Shown piece after piece: positions 27,291 through 37,075 of a stretch of DNA of 64,000 nucleotides (the stretch's first letter is position 1; each line of letters starts with the position of its first letter). Location of the stretch: positions 292 to 64,291 of IMG/VR virus record IMGVR_UViG_3300009149_000032. The stretch is one strand, 5' to 3'. The notes under the pieces are model-generated. The model was not told where the DNA came from. It ran no database searches and was given only the letters and a program-made list of their open reading frames with translations. Source of the DNA: a virus (lineage: Duplodnaviria > Caudoviricetes). The position numbers and the translations under genes are program-made.

Positions 27291-29488
27291 TGTCAATCAA
27301 GTCTTTAGCAGAATACACCAGAGTATCAAAGTATGCTCGTTATCTTCCAGAAGAGAAGAGACGAGAAACATGGCAAGAACAAATTGATCGTGCGTTTGGT
27401 ATGCATCTTGAATATTATAAAGATATCATAGAGCAGAATCCAGAACTTCTAGAGGACATAGAGTTTGCTAAGAAGATGTTACTTCGTAAAAAGGTTTTAG
27501 GAAGTCAGAGAGCATTACAGTTCGGTGGTGATCCAATTCTAAAGAAAAACGAGAGACTGTACAATTGCAGCGGAACTTACGTTGATCGTCCAAGAGTATT
27601 CCAAGAGACAATGTTTCTCTTACTTTGTGGTTGTGGTGTAGGATTCTCTGTACAGAAACATCACATTGCTAAACTTCCTCATATTGCTAAACGTAATAGA
27701 GGGGAAATGATTTATGTGATCCCTGATACAATTGAAGGTTGGGGAGATGCTGCAGGAGTTCTTATGTCTTCCTTCTTTGATTCCGATGAAACACCCTTCC
27801 CAGAATACAGAGGTAAGGTAGTTAAGTTTGACTACAGCAAAATCAGACCGAAGGGTTCTCCGTTGTCAAGTGGTTCCAAAGCACCCGGACCTGACGGACT
27901 CAGAATAGCATTAGAGAATGTTGAGAGATCAGTTGATGCGGTTATCAATTCTGTTATTGATAAACTAAGACCGATCCATACATACGATATTCTTATGTAC
28001 TTATCAGATGCAGTATTGTCTGGTGGTGTGAGAAGGTCTGCAACAATCTGTCTCTTCTCTCCTGACGATGAGGAGATGGTTACAGCGAAGACCGGCGATT
28101 GGCTTGCTTCTAATCCACAGAGAGGAAGATCAAATAACTCTGCTCTTCTTATCCGTAGCGAAACTAAGAAAGAAGATTTTAAAAATCTCATCAAGCACGT
28201 TAGAGAATTTGGCGAACCCGGATTCGTTTGGGCAGACGATAAGGAAGCACTCTTCAATCCTTGTTGTGAGATTGGATTGTACGGTTATGATGATAAGGGG
28301 CAGAGTGGTATAAGTTTCTGCAACCTATGTGAAATCAATATGAAGAAATGTCCTACAGAGGCAGACTTTTACGACTCCTGTAAGGCAGCAGCAATCCTCG
28401 GTACACTTCAGGCGGGGTATACAAACTTCCCTTACCTCGGAGAGGTCACTGAGAGTATCGTAAGAAGAGAAGCATTGCTCGGCGTTTCTATGACAGGAAT
28501 GATGGACAGTCCTGAGATTGCTTTCGATCCTAAGATTCAGAAGCAAGGGGCAAGACTCATCAAGGCAGTCAATGAGAAAATGTCTAAGATCCTCAAGGTC
28601 AATGCTGCAGCAAGACTTACCTGTGTCAAGCCTAGTGGTACGTCAAGTTGTATCTTGGGTTCTGCTAGTGGTATCCATCCTCATCATTCCACACGTTACA
28701 TACGTAGAACGCAAGCGAATAAGATTGAAGCACCTGCTATCCATTTTCAAAAGACGAATCCTATGGCAGTAGAGCAAAGTGTCTGGAAAGATACTGATGT
28801 AGTTCTGTCTTTCGTTTGTGAGATCCCGGCAGGTGCGAAGATAAAAAACAACCTATCTGCTATCGAGATGTTGGAGAACGTCAAGACTACTCAGAGTAAT
28901 TGGGTAAAGACCGGAACAATCACTTCTCGTAGCGTTCAACCTTGGTTGATTCACAACGTATCAAATACCATTACTGTCAGAGAAGATGAGTGGGATGACG
29001 TTACGAATTATATCTGGAACAACCGGAAACATTTCTCTGGTGTATCTCTGCTTCCTGAAAGTGGAGACAAGGATTATCCGCAAGCACCATTCGTATCTGT
29101 ACCTTTACCTCAGGAGATTCTTAGAGAGTATGGAAGTTCTTCATACTATGCTAGTGGGTTGATTGAGAGAGCAATGGTTACGTTCAATAACAATCTCTGG
29201 AAAGCATGTGATTTCTTATTAGGTAATAATGGAATCCCAGAGAAGACAAAGGAGATGTATGACTTCAAAGCAAGTTGTGATAAATTTATAACTCGTTATG
29301 TTGATGGGGATGTAAGACGTTTCACTTATCTCCTCAAGGATCTTTATAATATAAAATTGTACGAAGACTTATCCAGAGAATACAAAGATGTGGATTGGTC
29401 TACTATGAAAGAAGAGACAGACGATGTGGACTTTGGGGTCGCACCCGCTTGTGCAGGAGGGACTTGCTCACTAACCAGAGACATTTAA
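27290..29488 (+). CDS. nrdJ: Class II (adenosylcobalamin-dependent) ribonucleotide reductase
   Basis: RRETW, YNCS, G-GVGFSV, VLSGGVRRSA, GEPG, NPCCEI, CNLCEIN, VKPSGT, C-terminal ACAGGTC; no NrdB gene nearby. Confidence 0.9.
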   Translation: MSIKSLAEYTRVSKYARYLPEEKRRETWQEQIDRAFGMHLEYYKDIIEQNPELLEDIEFAKKMLLRKKVLGSQRALQFGGDPILKKNERLYNCSGTYVDRPRVFQETMFLLLCGCGVGFSVQKHHIAKLPHIAKRNRGEMIYVIPDTIEGWGDAAGVLMSSFFDSDETPFPEYRGKVVKFDYSKIRPKGSPLSSGSKAPGPDGLRIALENVERSVDAVINSVIDKLRPIHTYDILMYLSDAVLSGGVRRSATICLFSPDDEEMVTAKTGDWLASNPQRGRSNNSALLIRSETKKEDFKNLIKHVREFGEPGFVWADDKEALFNPCCEIGLYGYDDKGQSGISFCNLCEINMKKCPTEADFYDSCKAAAILGTLQAGYTNFPYLGEVTESIVRREALLGVSMTGMMDSPEIAFDPKIQKQGARLIKAVNEKMSKILKVNAAARLTCVKPSGTSSCILGSASGIHPHHSTRYIRRTQANKIEAPAIHFQKTNPMAVEQSVWKDTDVVLSFVCEIPAGAKIKNNLSAIEMLENVKTTQSNWVKTGTITSRSVQPWLIHNVSNTITVREDEWDDVTNYIWNNRKHFSGVSLLPESGDKDYPQAPFVSVPLPQEILREYGSSSYYASGLIERAMVTFNNNLWKACDFLLGNNGIPEKTKEMYDFKASCDKFITRYVDGDVRRFTYLLKDLYNIKLYEDLSREYKDVDWSTMKEETDDVDFGVAPACAGGTCSLTRDI

Positions 29489-29562
29489 TCTAATTTTATT
29501 ACCTTAGTAGAGAGTGGATTTTTTATAGTCTGCTCTTTTCTATTATATCCCAGATTTTTATC

Positions 29563-29591
29563 TTGACACATAGAGAAAGATGTGTTAAAAT
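29563..29591 (+). promoter_or_regulatory. Sigma70-type promoter upstream of the unit leading into the glycosyltransferase cluster
   Basis: TTGACA-N17-TAAAAT with TG, then AAAGGAG RBS and ATG at 29606. Confidence 0.75.
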
Positions 29592-29605
29592 TTAAAGGAG
29601 ATACC

Positions 29606-29860
29606 ATGAAGAATTTAGACTCAACGAGAATCCATCTTGATATAGCAAAGAACCGTCCGTTCTCAGAAGATTCGGTCAAGCGGTTCAACGATTCGCTTAG
29701 AGGGTTTACTCACGGAATAGAATATATAAAAAGGAAATGGAGGTTTATCAAAGATGGACTCAAAAGAATTAATCAAAACTATAAAGTATTTGTTAGCAAC
29801 CGGGAACAGACTGACAAGTGTGACAGGTACATTGCTCCACGGAAACCTGAGGAGTCTTAA
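29606..29860 (+). CDS. Hypothetical protein
   Basis: Promoter plus strong RBS. Confidence 0.5.
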   Translation: MKNLDSTRIHLDIAKNRPFSEDSVKRFNDSLRGFTHGIEYIKRKWRFIKDGLKRINQNYKVFVSNREQTDKCDRYIAPRKPEES

Positions 29861-30191
29861 TCACTTTGTAACTCAAGTTGATGACTCTATCATTGATTGG
29901 CACCAAGCGGTAGTCTCTGTTGAAACTCTTTTGCAAAGGATAGAAAATGAAAGTGACGCAGATAATTCTGATTGTAGTGGTTCTTGTTCTTGCTCTGGTG
30001 CATCTGAATCTCCAGATACGGTATGCAAATGTAGCAGCGACGAATCAAAACTTGGTCGTGAAGAATTTGAAGATGGAATTGAGTATCCTAAAGACCCAAC
30101 AAACAAGCCAGTTACCTACGGTCCAATTGAAAAACCAACAGTCTTCACCAACTGCCGAAAAATCGAAAACACAAATAGAGATGAAGGTTGA
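29754..30191 (+). CDS. Hypothetical protein overlapping both neighbours
   Basis: GGAGG RBS; 3' half overlaps the 3D-domain gene in another frame. Confidence 0.4.
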   Translation: MDSKELIKTIKYLLATGNRLTSVTGTLLHGNLRSLNHFVTQVDDSIIDWHQAVVSVETLLQRIENESDADNSDCSGSCSCSGASESPDTVCKCSSDESKLGREEFEDGIEYPKDPTNKPVTYGPIEKPTVFTNCRKIENTNRDEG

Positions 30192-30465
30192 AGCAACAGC
30201 ATATTGTCCTGCTTCTTGCTGCTGTGGCAAGTACGCTGATGGGATAACAGCAACGGGAGCAGATGCTTATACAATGGGAGTTGCAGTAGATCCGAAAGTT
30301 ATTCCTCTGGGAAGCACAGTTTGTATTCCCGGTTATGGTACAGTTATTGCCGACGATGTAGGTGGAGCAATTAAGGGAGACAAGATCGATGTCAGATTCA
30401 GAACACACCAAGAAGCAAGGGAATGGGGTAGACAACTCAGGACTATCACAATACTTCGAAAGTAA
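29947..30465 (+). CDS. Membrane-anchored 3D-domain (MltA-like) peptidoglycan lytic transglycosylase
   Basis: N-terminal hydrophobic helix; ATAY...TATG...VAVDPKVIPLGS...GYG...ADDVGGAIKG-KIDV. Confidence 0.88.
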   Translation: MKVTQIILIVVVLVLALVHLNLQIRYANVAATNQNLVVKNLKMELSILKTQQTSQLPTVQLKNQQSSPTAEKSKTQIEMKVEATAYCPASCCCGKYADGITATGADAYTMGVAVDPKVIPLGSTVCIPGYGTVIADDVGGAIKGDKIDVRFRTHQEAREWGRQLRTITILRK

Positions 30466-30481
30466 CCCAAGACAAACAGTA

Positions 30482-30670
30482 GTGTATCAATATCTTTGCT
30501 CCTCTTGTAATCGAATTACAGAGGAGCGTTTCCCATTTGGAGAACCAGATCCTTCTACTCAATGTCAGAACCCTGAGTGTAAGGGAATGGCAATGAAGAT
30601 ACTTTCTACTCCAAATGTCCTCATAGGTATACCAATAAATGAAGCACGTAAAGGAAGGGGTAAAGGATGA
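30482..30670 (+). CDS. FmdB-like zinc-ribbon protein
   Basis: YQYLCSSC...CQNPEC...KILS-P; start uncertain. Confidence 0.6.
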   Translation: MYQYLCSSCNRITEERFPFGEPDPSTQCQNPECKGMAMKILSTPNVLIGIPINEARKGRGKG

Positions 30671-31425
30671 AACTATCGATAGGTGATATTGGAGTAGCAA
30701 TTCTTAGTACCAATAGACCAGAGTGTACTAAGCGTCTTATCAATTCAATAGAGAAGAGAACGCCGGTTTCAGGATGGAAACTATTTGTAATGGATGATTC
30801 AGAACCTCGATACAAACCACAGGTTCTCTCTGCTTGTCAAAAGGATTGGGTTCAGTATTGTGATACAGGCGAAAGAATTGGAGTAGCAAAAAATACTAAT
30901 CAAGCAATGAGAGCGTTGCAACCATACAAGTATAAGATTATACTTAACAATGACGTTGAAATGATAAAGAGAAATTGGATGTTCCTTTATCCTATCGCAA
31001 TGATGAGGACAGGATTCCACCACTTCTGTTTCCAACAAGAGGGTTTGTGGGGAGCAGCAACCAAGAAACGACCTGAAGAGATCTGGAATCACAAAGGTTG
31101 TACCATAAAAACGATTCAGAATTATCCTCAGGGTGCTGTACTCGCCTATGACCAGACAGCATTTGAGACTGTAGGATACTTCGACGCTAAACTCTTCGAG
31201 TCGTATGGAAAGTCTCACTGGGATTGGTCATTCCGAGTTTCGGATTCAGGAATACAGCCAGAAGGTATCCACGATATAGTTGGTTCAAATGATTATATGA
31301 AAGTTCACGATGAGTTATGTTGTACCCCCACTGCTCAGAGGTTGGAATCATATACTAGAAATACTGCTATCTTAAATAACCTCCGCACCCGAGCAGGTGA
31401 AAGGATCTACATTCCATATGGCTAA
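30667..31425 (+). CDS. GT-A (GT2-like) glycosyltransferase
   Basis: ILSTNRP, VMDDS, GVAKN-N, LNND, VGYFD. Confidence 0.85.
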   Translation: MKLSIGDIGVAILSTNRPECTKRLINSIEKRTPVSGWKLFVMDDSEPRYKPQVLSACQKDWVQYCDTGERIGVAKNTNQAMRALQPYKYKIILNNDVEMIKRNWMFLYPIAMMRTGFHHFCFQQEGLWGAATKKRPEEIWNHKGCTIKTIQNYPQGAVLAYDQTAFETVGYFDAKLFESYGKSHWDWSFRVSDSGIQPEGIHDIVGSNDYMKVHDELCCTPTAQRLESYTRNTAILNNLRTRAGERIYIPYG

Positions 31426-32101
31426 GTTTCTAGTATGGGTAAACAGTTACAATCGAAAGGAGATGCTTCTATTCCTTATTGACAGTATCCTTTATCAGCA
31501 GAGAAGAGATACTGTAGACATTATGGTTATAAATGATAGCAGCGACCAAGATTACTCAGAGGTTAAGTCTCAAGTCGATTACTATTGGAAGACGAATAAG
31601 AATTACGGTAAGGAAGAATACTGGAAACTGATTGCGTTTGGTATCAATAAGATTAAATCCATGCCAAAGTACGACTATTATATCAAAACAGACGACGATA
31701 TGAGATTATCTGTAGGATTTTTTCCTACGATTGAGAGATTAGTTTCTGAAATAAATGACCCAAACTGGGCAACTATTGATATTTTATCCGCTCCGAGACA
31801 GAGAGGTAGGACACTTCGGGGTCATTCTGTCGAAATTCAAGGTGAGCGTGATAAATACTTTAGGACACAATGGGTTGATATGAATTTCGTATTCAATCTG
31901 AACACGTTTCCGTATACTATTGAACGATGCAAGGCAGGTAAAGCGTCTAGTGGTGTAGGGTTATGGTTAACTAGATACCTCACCAAGCACGGATATAACC
32001 TATATCAATCTGCCAACTCTCTGGTACTTCATGGAGATCACGAATCGATGATGAACGTAGAAGAAAGAAAGAAACATCCAATAATAACCAAGGAGAGGTA
32101 G
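31397..32101 (+). CDS. GT-A (GT2-like) glycosyltransferase
   Basis: VWVNSYNR, VINDSS, KTDDD, QWVDM; likely start 31418. Confidence 0.8.
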   Translation: MKGSTFHMAKFLVWVNSYNRKEMLLFLIDSILYQQRRDTVDIMVINDSSDQDYSEVKSQVDYYWKTNKNYGKEEYWKLIAFGINKIKSMPKYDYYIKTDDDMRLSVGFFPTIERLVSEINDPNWATIDILSAPRQRGRTLRGHSVEIQGERDKYFRTQWVDMNFVFNLNTFPYTIERCKAGKASSGVGLWLTRYLTKHGYNLYQSANSLVLHGDHESMMNVEERKKHPIITKER

Positions 32102-32709
32102 TGAGTTTCAGAATCTTTACATACTATACCGAGAACACTCCTTACGAACAAGAAGCAGATAATCTTCAACGAGATTGCGAGAGACTCAAGATAGCATTCG
32201 AAAAATTCGCAGTCCCCTCTACAGGTGAGTGGGTAGAGAACACGATGATTAAACCTACTCAAATCTCCGTAGCGTTGGATTGTTTCAGTTCTAGCAATAT
32301 CGTATGGATAGATGCAGACGCAAGAATAAAATCTTATCCACATATCTTTGACGAGTATGAAAATGATGGTATAGACTTCTCTGTATTCCAAATGGGAAGT
32401 CAGAAGCGGGTAACTTCTGGTACTATCTTTATGAGAAACGTTCCTAAGGTTCGAGAGTTCATACATGATTGGAGATTAGAATGTCGGCAATGCATGGATC
32501 GAATCGGAGATCAGCATTGTCTTAGGAAGTTAATCAAGCGAGAAGGTTACAAGAAGTACGATATAAAATATAGATCCCTTCCGTATTCTTACTGTTACAT
32601 CTTCGATGATTCGTTAAGGAGACTCGCACCGAACATCCCTCCTCTCGAAGGAGAACCTGTTGTAGTACATACTCAAGCGTCGAGGAAGTATAGGAATAAG
32701 AAACTATGA
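32101..32709 (+). CDS. Nucleotide-diphospho-sugar transferase-like GT-A
   Basis: W--N---KP, VWIDADA, SGTIF, DQ--L, LP-SYC-IFD, H-QASR. Confidence 0.8.
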   Translation: MSFRIFTYYTENTPYEQEADNLQRDCERLKIAFEKFAVPSTGEWVENTMIKPTQISVALDCFSSSNIVWIDADARIKSYPHIFDEYENDGIDFSVFQMGSQKRVTSGTIFMRNVPKVREFIHDWRLECRQCMDRIGDQHCLRKLIKREGYKKYDIKYRSLPYSYCYIFDDSLRRLAPNIPPLEGEPVVVHTQASRKYRNKKL

Positions 32710-33623
32710 AGCGCACTAGACCAAAGCGAATGAGAAAAAAAGATAAGTCTGCTTATCTCGTTGATGGTGCAGGAAACCTTGTTAGAGGAAGCGGTCCACT
32801 TCCGACTCGAACAAATTATAGAGTACCTAAAGTAAACATGAAGCAGTTCTCTAAGAAAGATCCAAACCGTTCTATCTTTGTTTGGGTTAATACTTTTAAC
32901 CGTCCAGAGGATCTCAAATGTTTACTGGGTGATATTTATAAGAACAAACGAGATCACAAGATAAAAGTTCTGGTTGTTGATGATGCTAGTACAGAAGATT
33001 ACGATACAACTCTGGATTCCTTCGCCGGGAAGTTGAATATCGAATATCATAAAATGGATCAAAACCACGGCAAGAAAAAGTATTGGAAACTCTGCACCTA
33101 CGCTATGAATGAAATCAAAGAGAATTCTGGATACGATTACTACGTTAAGATAGATGACGACGGTAGATTGGTTAATGGATTCTTTGATCGCTGCTGCAAT
33201 ATCTGGGAAAGTATAACTGATGTACGAAAGGTTTGTTTGAACTTCCGTCTGGATAGTAGAGAGGGTAAAGAGGTTTGGACTAATACCAGACCTGTCCTTG
33301 AGCAGCACGGAGGTATCAGCGTATATAAATCTCAGTGGGTTGATATGGATTTCTTCACAACTATCAATTTCTTCTCAGCACTCAGGTACAGACTCAATAA
33401 ACCACCAGATTCGAGATGGAGAAATCCTTGCGTATCTAGTGGAACCGGAAGTGATATAAGTAGGAGACTCACATCACTTGGCTATCATTTGTTTCTCACA
33501 ACTCAATCTCTAGTCAAGCATGACGAGCATAATTCAAAAATGAATCCTAAAGAACGTGCAAAGAATCCTCTCATAACAAAACCTTTCACTGACAAAAATT
33601 ATGGAGTTCGTAAAAATGGCTAA
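32706..33623 (+). CDS. GT-A (GT2-like) glycosyltransferase, paralogue of 31397-32101
   Basis: VWVNTFNR, VVDDAS, KIDDD, QWVDM, SSG-G, S-MN--ER. Confidence 0.8.
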   Translation: MKRTRPKRMRKKDKSAYLVDGAGNLVRGSGPLPTRTNYRVPKVNMKQFSKKDPNRSIFVWVNTFNRPEDLKCLLGDIYKNKRDHKIKVLVVDDASTEDYDTTLDSFAGKLNIEYHKMDQNHGKKKYWKLCTYAMNEIKENSGYDYYVKIDDDGRLVNGFFDRCCNIWESITDVRKVCLNFRLDSREGKEVWTNTRPVLEQHGGISVYKSQWVDMDFFTTINFFSALRYRLNKPPDSRWRNPCVSSGTGSDISRRLTSLGYHLFLTTQSLVKHDEHNSKMNPKERAKNPLITKPFTDKNYGVRKNG

Positions 33624-34320
33624 AGTTTATTTCGGAATGGCAACGTATCCTCCTCGAAAGAAATGTCTTAAGGAAGTCATTCCTAATATTCTACCGCAGT
33701 GTACTAAACTTTTTGTATACCTGAATAAGTATACAGACGTTCCTAAGATTCTCATTCATCCAAAGATAAAAGTTATTATGGCAGAGAAGGAAGGTGAGTG
33801 TGGAGACATTGGTAAGTTTCATTTCGTAGACAAGGTAGACGGATACTACTTTACTGTCGATGACGATCTAGTCTATCCTCCAAATTATGCACAGAGAATG
33901 ATGAGAGCGGTTGATCATTACAGGCAACGTGCAGTCATAGGGGTTCATGGTTGTGTTCTCAATACGAGAAACATGTGGAACTACTATCGTTCCCGCAGTC
34001 TGACCAATTATAGAGCAGCACTTGCTAAGGAAAAGAATGTTCATATCATCGGTACAGGCACAGCAGCATTCCACACTAGCACTCTAAAGATATCTAGAAA
34101 GTCTTTCCCTGTGGAAAACATGGCAGACATTTGGTTTGCAATTGAAGGTCAGAAGCAAAGAGTTCCTTTCATTTTAATATCACGACCTATGCGTTGGGTA
34201 AATGATTGTGCTACTGCCCCGCAGACTACTTCTATCTATCGTAAGAGTAAGAATAAAAGTCACGGTAAATACCAAACGAAAGTCATAAAAGAATATGGAA
34301 ACTGGAAGATCATCTCCTAA
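33601..34320 (+). CDS. GT-A glycosyltransferase
   Basis: ATYPPR, GDIGKF, YFTVDDDLVYPP-Y, GTGT, MADIW. Confidence 0.8.
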   Translation: MEFVKMAKVYFGMATYPPRKKCLKEVIPNILPQCTKLFVYLNKYTDVPKILIHPKIKVIMAEKEGECGDIGKFHFVDKVDGYYFTVDDDLVYPPNYAQRMMRAVDHYRQRAVIGVHGCVLNTRNMWNYYRSRSLTNYRAALAKEKNVHIIGTGTAAFHTSTLKISRKSFPVENMADIWFAIEGQKQRVPFILISRPMRWVNDCATAPQTTSIYRKSKNKSHGKYQTKVIKEYGNWKIIS

Positions 34321-35011
34321 GATAGCCATTATGGTTGTCGCTAACAATGTCTCGAAGGATGTCCTTAAACGATTCCTCTGGGCATGTGAGAAGTCTGAAA
34401 AGGTTTTACCTTTCGATGTTATAGTTGGGAACCATAGAGAACCTGAACAGAAGTTTCACAAGACTGTTATCTTGAATGATATGCTCCGCTCGTATAAAGG
34501 TAAGTACGAAGTATTGGTACAGACTGATATTGATATGCTAGTTCCACCTCGATTGATTACTGATACGTATAGATACTGTCTACGATCCAACGATTGCTAC
34601 CACTGCAATTATTATTTGATTGAACCTAAGGAACTTAAAGATAAACTCTACAAAGATATACCTTGGAATAAAATTCAACAGAGGCAAGTCAGGGCAGCAT
34701 CGGGATCTTGGAACGGTCTATGTTCTAGAATGTGGAGCGAGTCTGGTGGATTCTGTGAAGCGATTTCTCTCTTAGGTGGTCCTGACTCAGAGTTCTATAT
34801 GAGAACAAGGAAGAAAAATATCAGGTGGTATATCACAAGTAAGTTTGTATTAGATCACGTAAATCATCCGAGAAGAAAGGTTAAGAAGCAAGGTAAGAAG
34901 AATTTAAGTATTGCTAGAAAGTATCCTCGTGATTACAATTGGCTAAAGAATCGTAACAACAATGTTGGTTCAACTAAGATTAAGATTTATTCTTTTAGGG
35001 GTAACAAGTGA
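34295..35011 (+). CDS. GT7-C/GT2-like galactosyltransferase-type protein
   Basis: QTDIDMLVPP; GGFCE---LGG-D-EF; H--H. Confidence 0.75.
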   Translation: METGRSSPKIAIMVVANNVSKDVLKRFLWACEKSEKVLPFDVIVGNHREPEQKFHKTVILNDMLRSYKGKYEVLVQTDIDMLVPPRLITDTYRYCLRSNDCYHCNYYLIEPKELKDKLYKDIPWNKIQQRQVRAASGSWNGLCSRMWSESGGFCEAISLLGGPDSEFYMRTRKKNIRWYITSKFVLDHVNHPRRKVKKQGKKNLSIARKYPRDYNWLKNRNNNVGSTKIKIYSFRGNK

Positions 35012-35682
35012 AGAAGAAGAAGAAGAAGAAGAAGAAAGATATAGCCATAATCGTAGCAGCAAAAGGAATCGATCCTGCGTGGGTTGATCGGTTCAAGGAT
35101 AGCATTGTAAAGTCTAATCCTAAACACTCAGTCGATATCATGATCGGGCAAGGTAAGGATAAGAAGTTTTACAAGACGAGAATTATAAATCACCTTATCA
35201 GAAAATGTATGCCGCTATACAAAGTTATTATCCAGACTGATATCGATTTACTAATTCCTCCCCTTCTAATTGACAGAACTTACAGAGCGTTAATGAATCA
35301 ACCTAACAATGGATTCCATCATCACTTGAGATACATTGAACCAGAGGAAGTCAAAGGAAAGGCATATAAAGATTATCCTTGGTACAGGTGGGTTAATCTT
35401 AAATCATCCTTCTGTTCTGGTTGTTGGAATGGTATGTTAAGTAATACTTGGGCAAAGAGTAGAGGGTACAACGAAGATATGTTTGCTTGGGGTAGTGAAG
35501 ACACGGAGTTCTACAACCGATCCAGAAGACTTGGTATTCGGTGGATCAACTGCAAAGATCTTGGTCTAGTTCATATCAGTCACCCACGAAGAACAAAGCG
35601 CAGAGCGCAAGAGAATTTTAAACTTGGCAATATGTACTCCGATAAAACAAATTGGTTAACCGGCGATCTTCATAAAAAATAG
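35008..35682 (+). CDS. GT7-C/GT2-like galactosyltransferase-type protein
   Basis: QTDIDLLIPP; GYNEDMFAWGSED; N-terminal poly-Lys from an AAG repeat. Confidence 0.8.
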   Translation: MKKKKKKKKKDIAIIVAAKGIDPAWVDRFKDSIVKSNPKHSVDIMIGQGKDKKFYKTRIINHLIRKCMPLYKVIIQTDIDLLIPPLLIDRTYRALMNQPNNGFHHHLRYIEPEEVKGKAYKDYPWYRWVNLKSSFCSGCWNGMLSNTWAKSRGYNEDMFAWGSEDTEFYNRSRRLGIRWINCKDLGLVHISHPRRTKRRAQENFKLGNMYSDKTNWLTGDLHKK

Positions 35683-35691
35683 GAGTGTAGT

Positions 35692-36354
35692 ATGAAGAAG
35701 GTAGCAATAATGGCAGTGGCACAAAACATCCCACTGGAAACTAGGAATAGATTCTCAGAAAGTATTCGCTTGTCGAACCCTTCAGTATCATGTGATGTGT
35801 ATCTTCTTGGAGCAAAGAAACCTCGGAAGAAGAAACAACCATTTAACAAGTCGAAACTTCTTAACAAGGGAATAAAAAAGTTAGTCCCTTTGGGATACGA
35901 TGTAATCATTCAAGCAGATATTGATCTGATAGTTCCTCCGGGACTTATAGACAAGACATACGAGATTGCAATGAGTAAGCGTATCTGTTTCTATAATTGC
36001 CACAGACGTATCGACCCTGTAGATCTTCCTAATCTTCCTTCCGATTACAGTTCAATGGATTGGAAGAAGTATATGTCGTTTAAGTGGGAAGCAGCAAACG
36101 GTTGTTGGAATGGGTTGCAGGGAAAGTATTGGATGGATACTGGTGGATACAACGAAGATATGATTGAATGGGGTAAAGAGGATGACGATTGGAGAAGACG
36201 AGCAGCAAAGTTTGGGAAGATTCCTTTTAAGAACTGGAATAAATTCTGTCTCATACATTACAATCACGAAATAAGAACTAAGGATTTCAGAAAGCGAAAC
36301 AGACAATGTGAAATCCGTAGCCTTAATAAGGGGAAGTGGAATTGGCTAACGTAG
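35692..36354 (+). CDS. GT7-C/GT2-like galactosyltransferase-type protein
   Basis: PFNKSKLLN-G, QADIDLIVPP, GGYNEDMIEWGKEDDD. Confidence 0.82.
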   Translation: MKKVAIMAVAQNIPLETRNRFSESIRLSNPSVSCDVYLLGAKKPRKKKQPFNKSKLLNKGIKKLVPLGYDVIIQADIDLIVPPGLIDKTYEIAMSKRICFYNCHRRIDPVDLPNLPSDYSSMDWKKYMSFKWEAANGCWNGLQGKYWMDTGGYNEDMIEWGKEDDDWRRRAAKFGKIPFKNWNKFCLIHYNHEIRTKDFRKRNRQCEIRSLNKGKWNWLT

Positions 36355-37067
36355 TTTTCGGACCATACCTCACGAAGAGACTTAAGTTTCATCAACACGA
36401 TTCCTCCAATGGTGGTAAGGGTGGAGCGAAACCCAATGACTATAACCAAATGAAGAATTGGTATGAGAGTGTTAAGAAATGCAATCTCAACGGAGTTATC
36501 TTACACAATGAATGCTCCCCGGAATTCATCAAGAAGTTTTCAACAGAGAAGATATCATTCTTTAACTGGGAAAAGAAACACAGACCTTCTTATAATGATG
36601 AAAGATTCTATGCGTACCACGAGTATCTAGTATGTCATCCTAAGGTTGAGAGAGTATTCTTCACAGACCTTTTCGATGTTAGGTTCTGTGCTAATCCATT
36701 TAAACTTATGGAGAAGAATCCTGAACATGATTTATTCTTTGGTGAAGAGTTGATGAGTAAGTCAAGTTCGAGATGGATGGTTAGGAAGTGTAGAGAGATG
36801 AAGTTGCAATTGATTACTGGTGGGTATCATCCCGGTCAAGTAATATACAATGCAGGAATCATCGGAGGTAAGCGAAAGCATATTCTCAATCTCTTGATAG
36901 ATATGAAATCTATTTTCGATAAGATACATCCAAGATATAATGCGAATATGCCTGTCTTCAATTTCGCTGCATCTAGAACTCCGAGTAAAATCTTTAGTGG
37001 TCCTCCGCTGCATAATAAATTCAGGTCCAACAAAGTTCCAGAGGGAACTTATATCAAACATAAGTAG
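36336..37067 (+). CDS. Putative GT-A glycosyltransferase
   Basis: VFFTDLFDV...NPF...YNAGIIGG...NM-VFN. Confidence 0.6.
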   Translation: MELANVVFGPYLTKRLKFHQHDSSNGGKGGAKPNDYNQMKNWYESVKKCNLNGVILHNECSPEFIKKFSTEKISFFNWEKKHRPSYNDERFYAYHEYLVCHPKVERVFFTDLFDVRFCANPFKLMEKNPEHDLFFGEELMSKSSSRWMVRKCREMKLQLITGGYHPGQVIYNAGIIGGKRKHILNLLIDMKSIFDKIHPRYNANMPVFNFAASRTPSKIFSGPPLHNKFRSNKVPEGTYIKHK

Positions 37068-37075
37068 GAGAGCAT

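Noticed and set aside
35011-35037. AAG microsatellite as a phase-variation switch (similar run near 55472)
   Set aside because: Triplet repeats keep the frame and only change poly-Lys length
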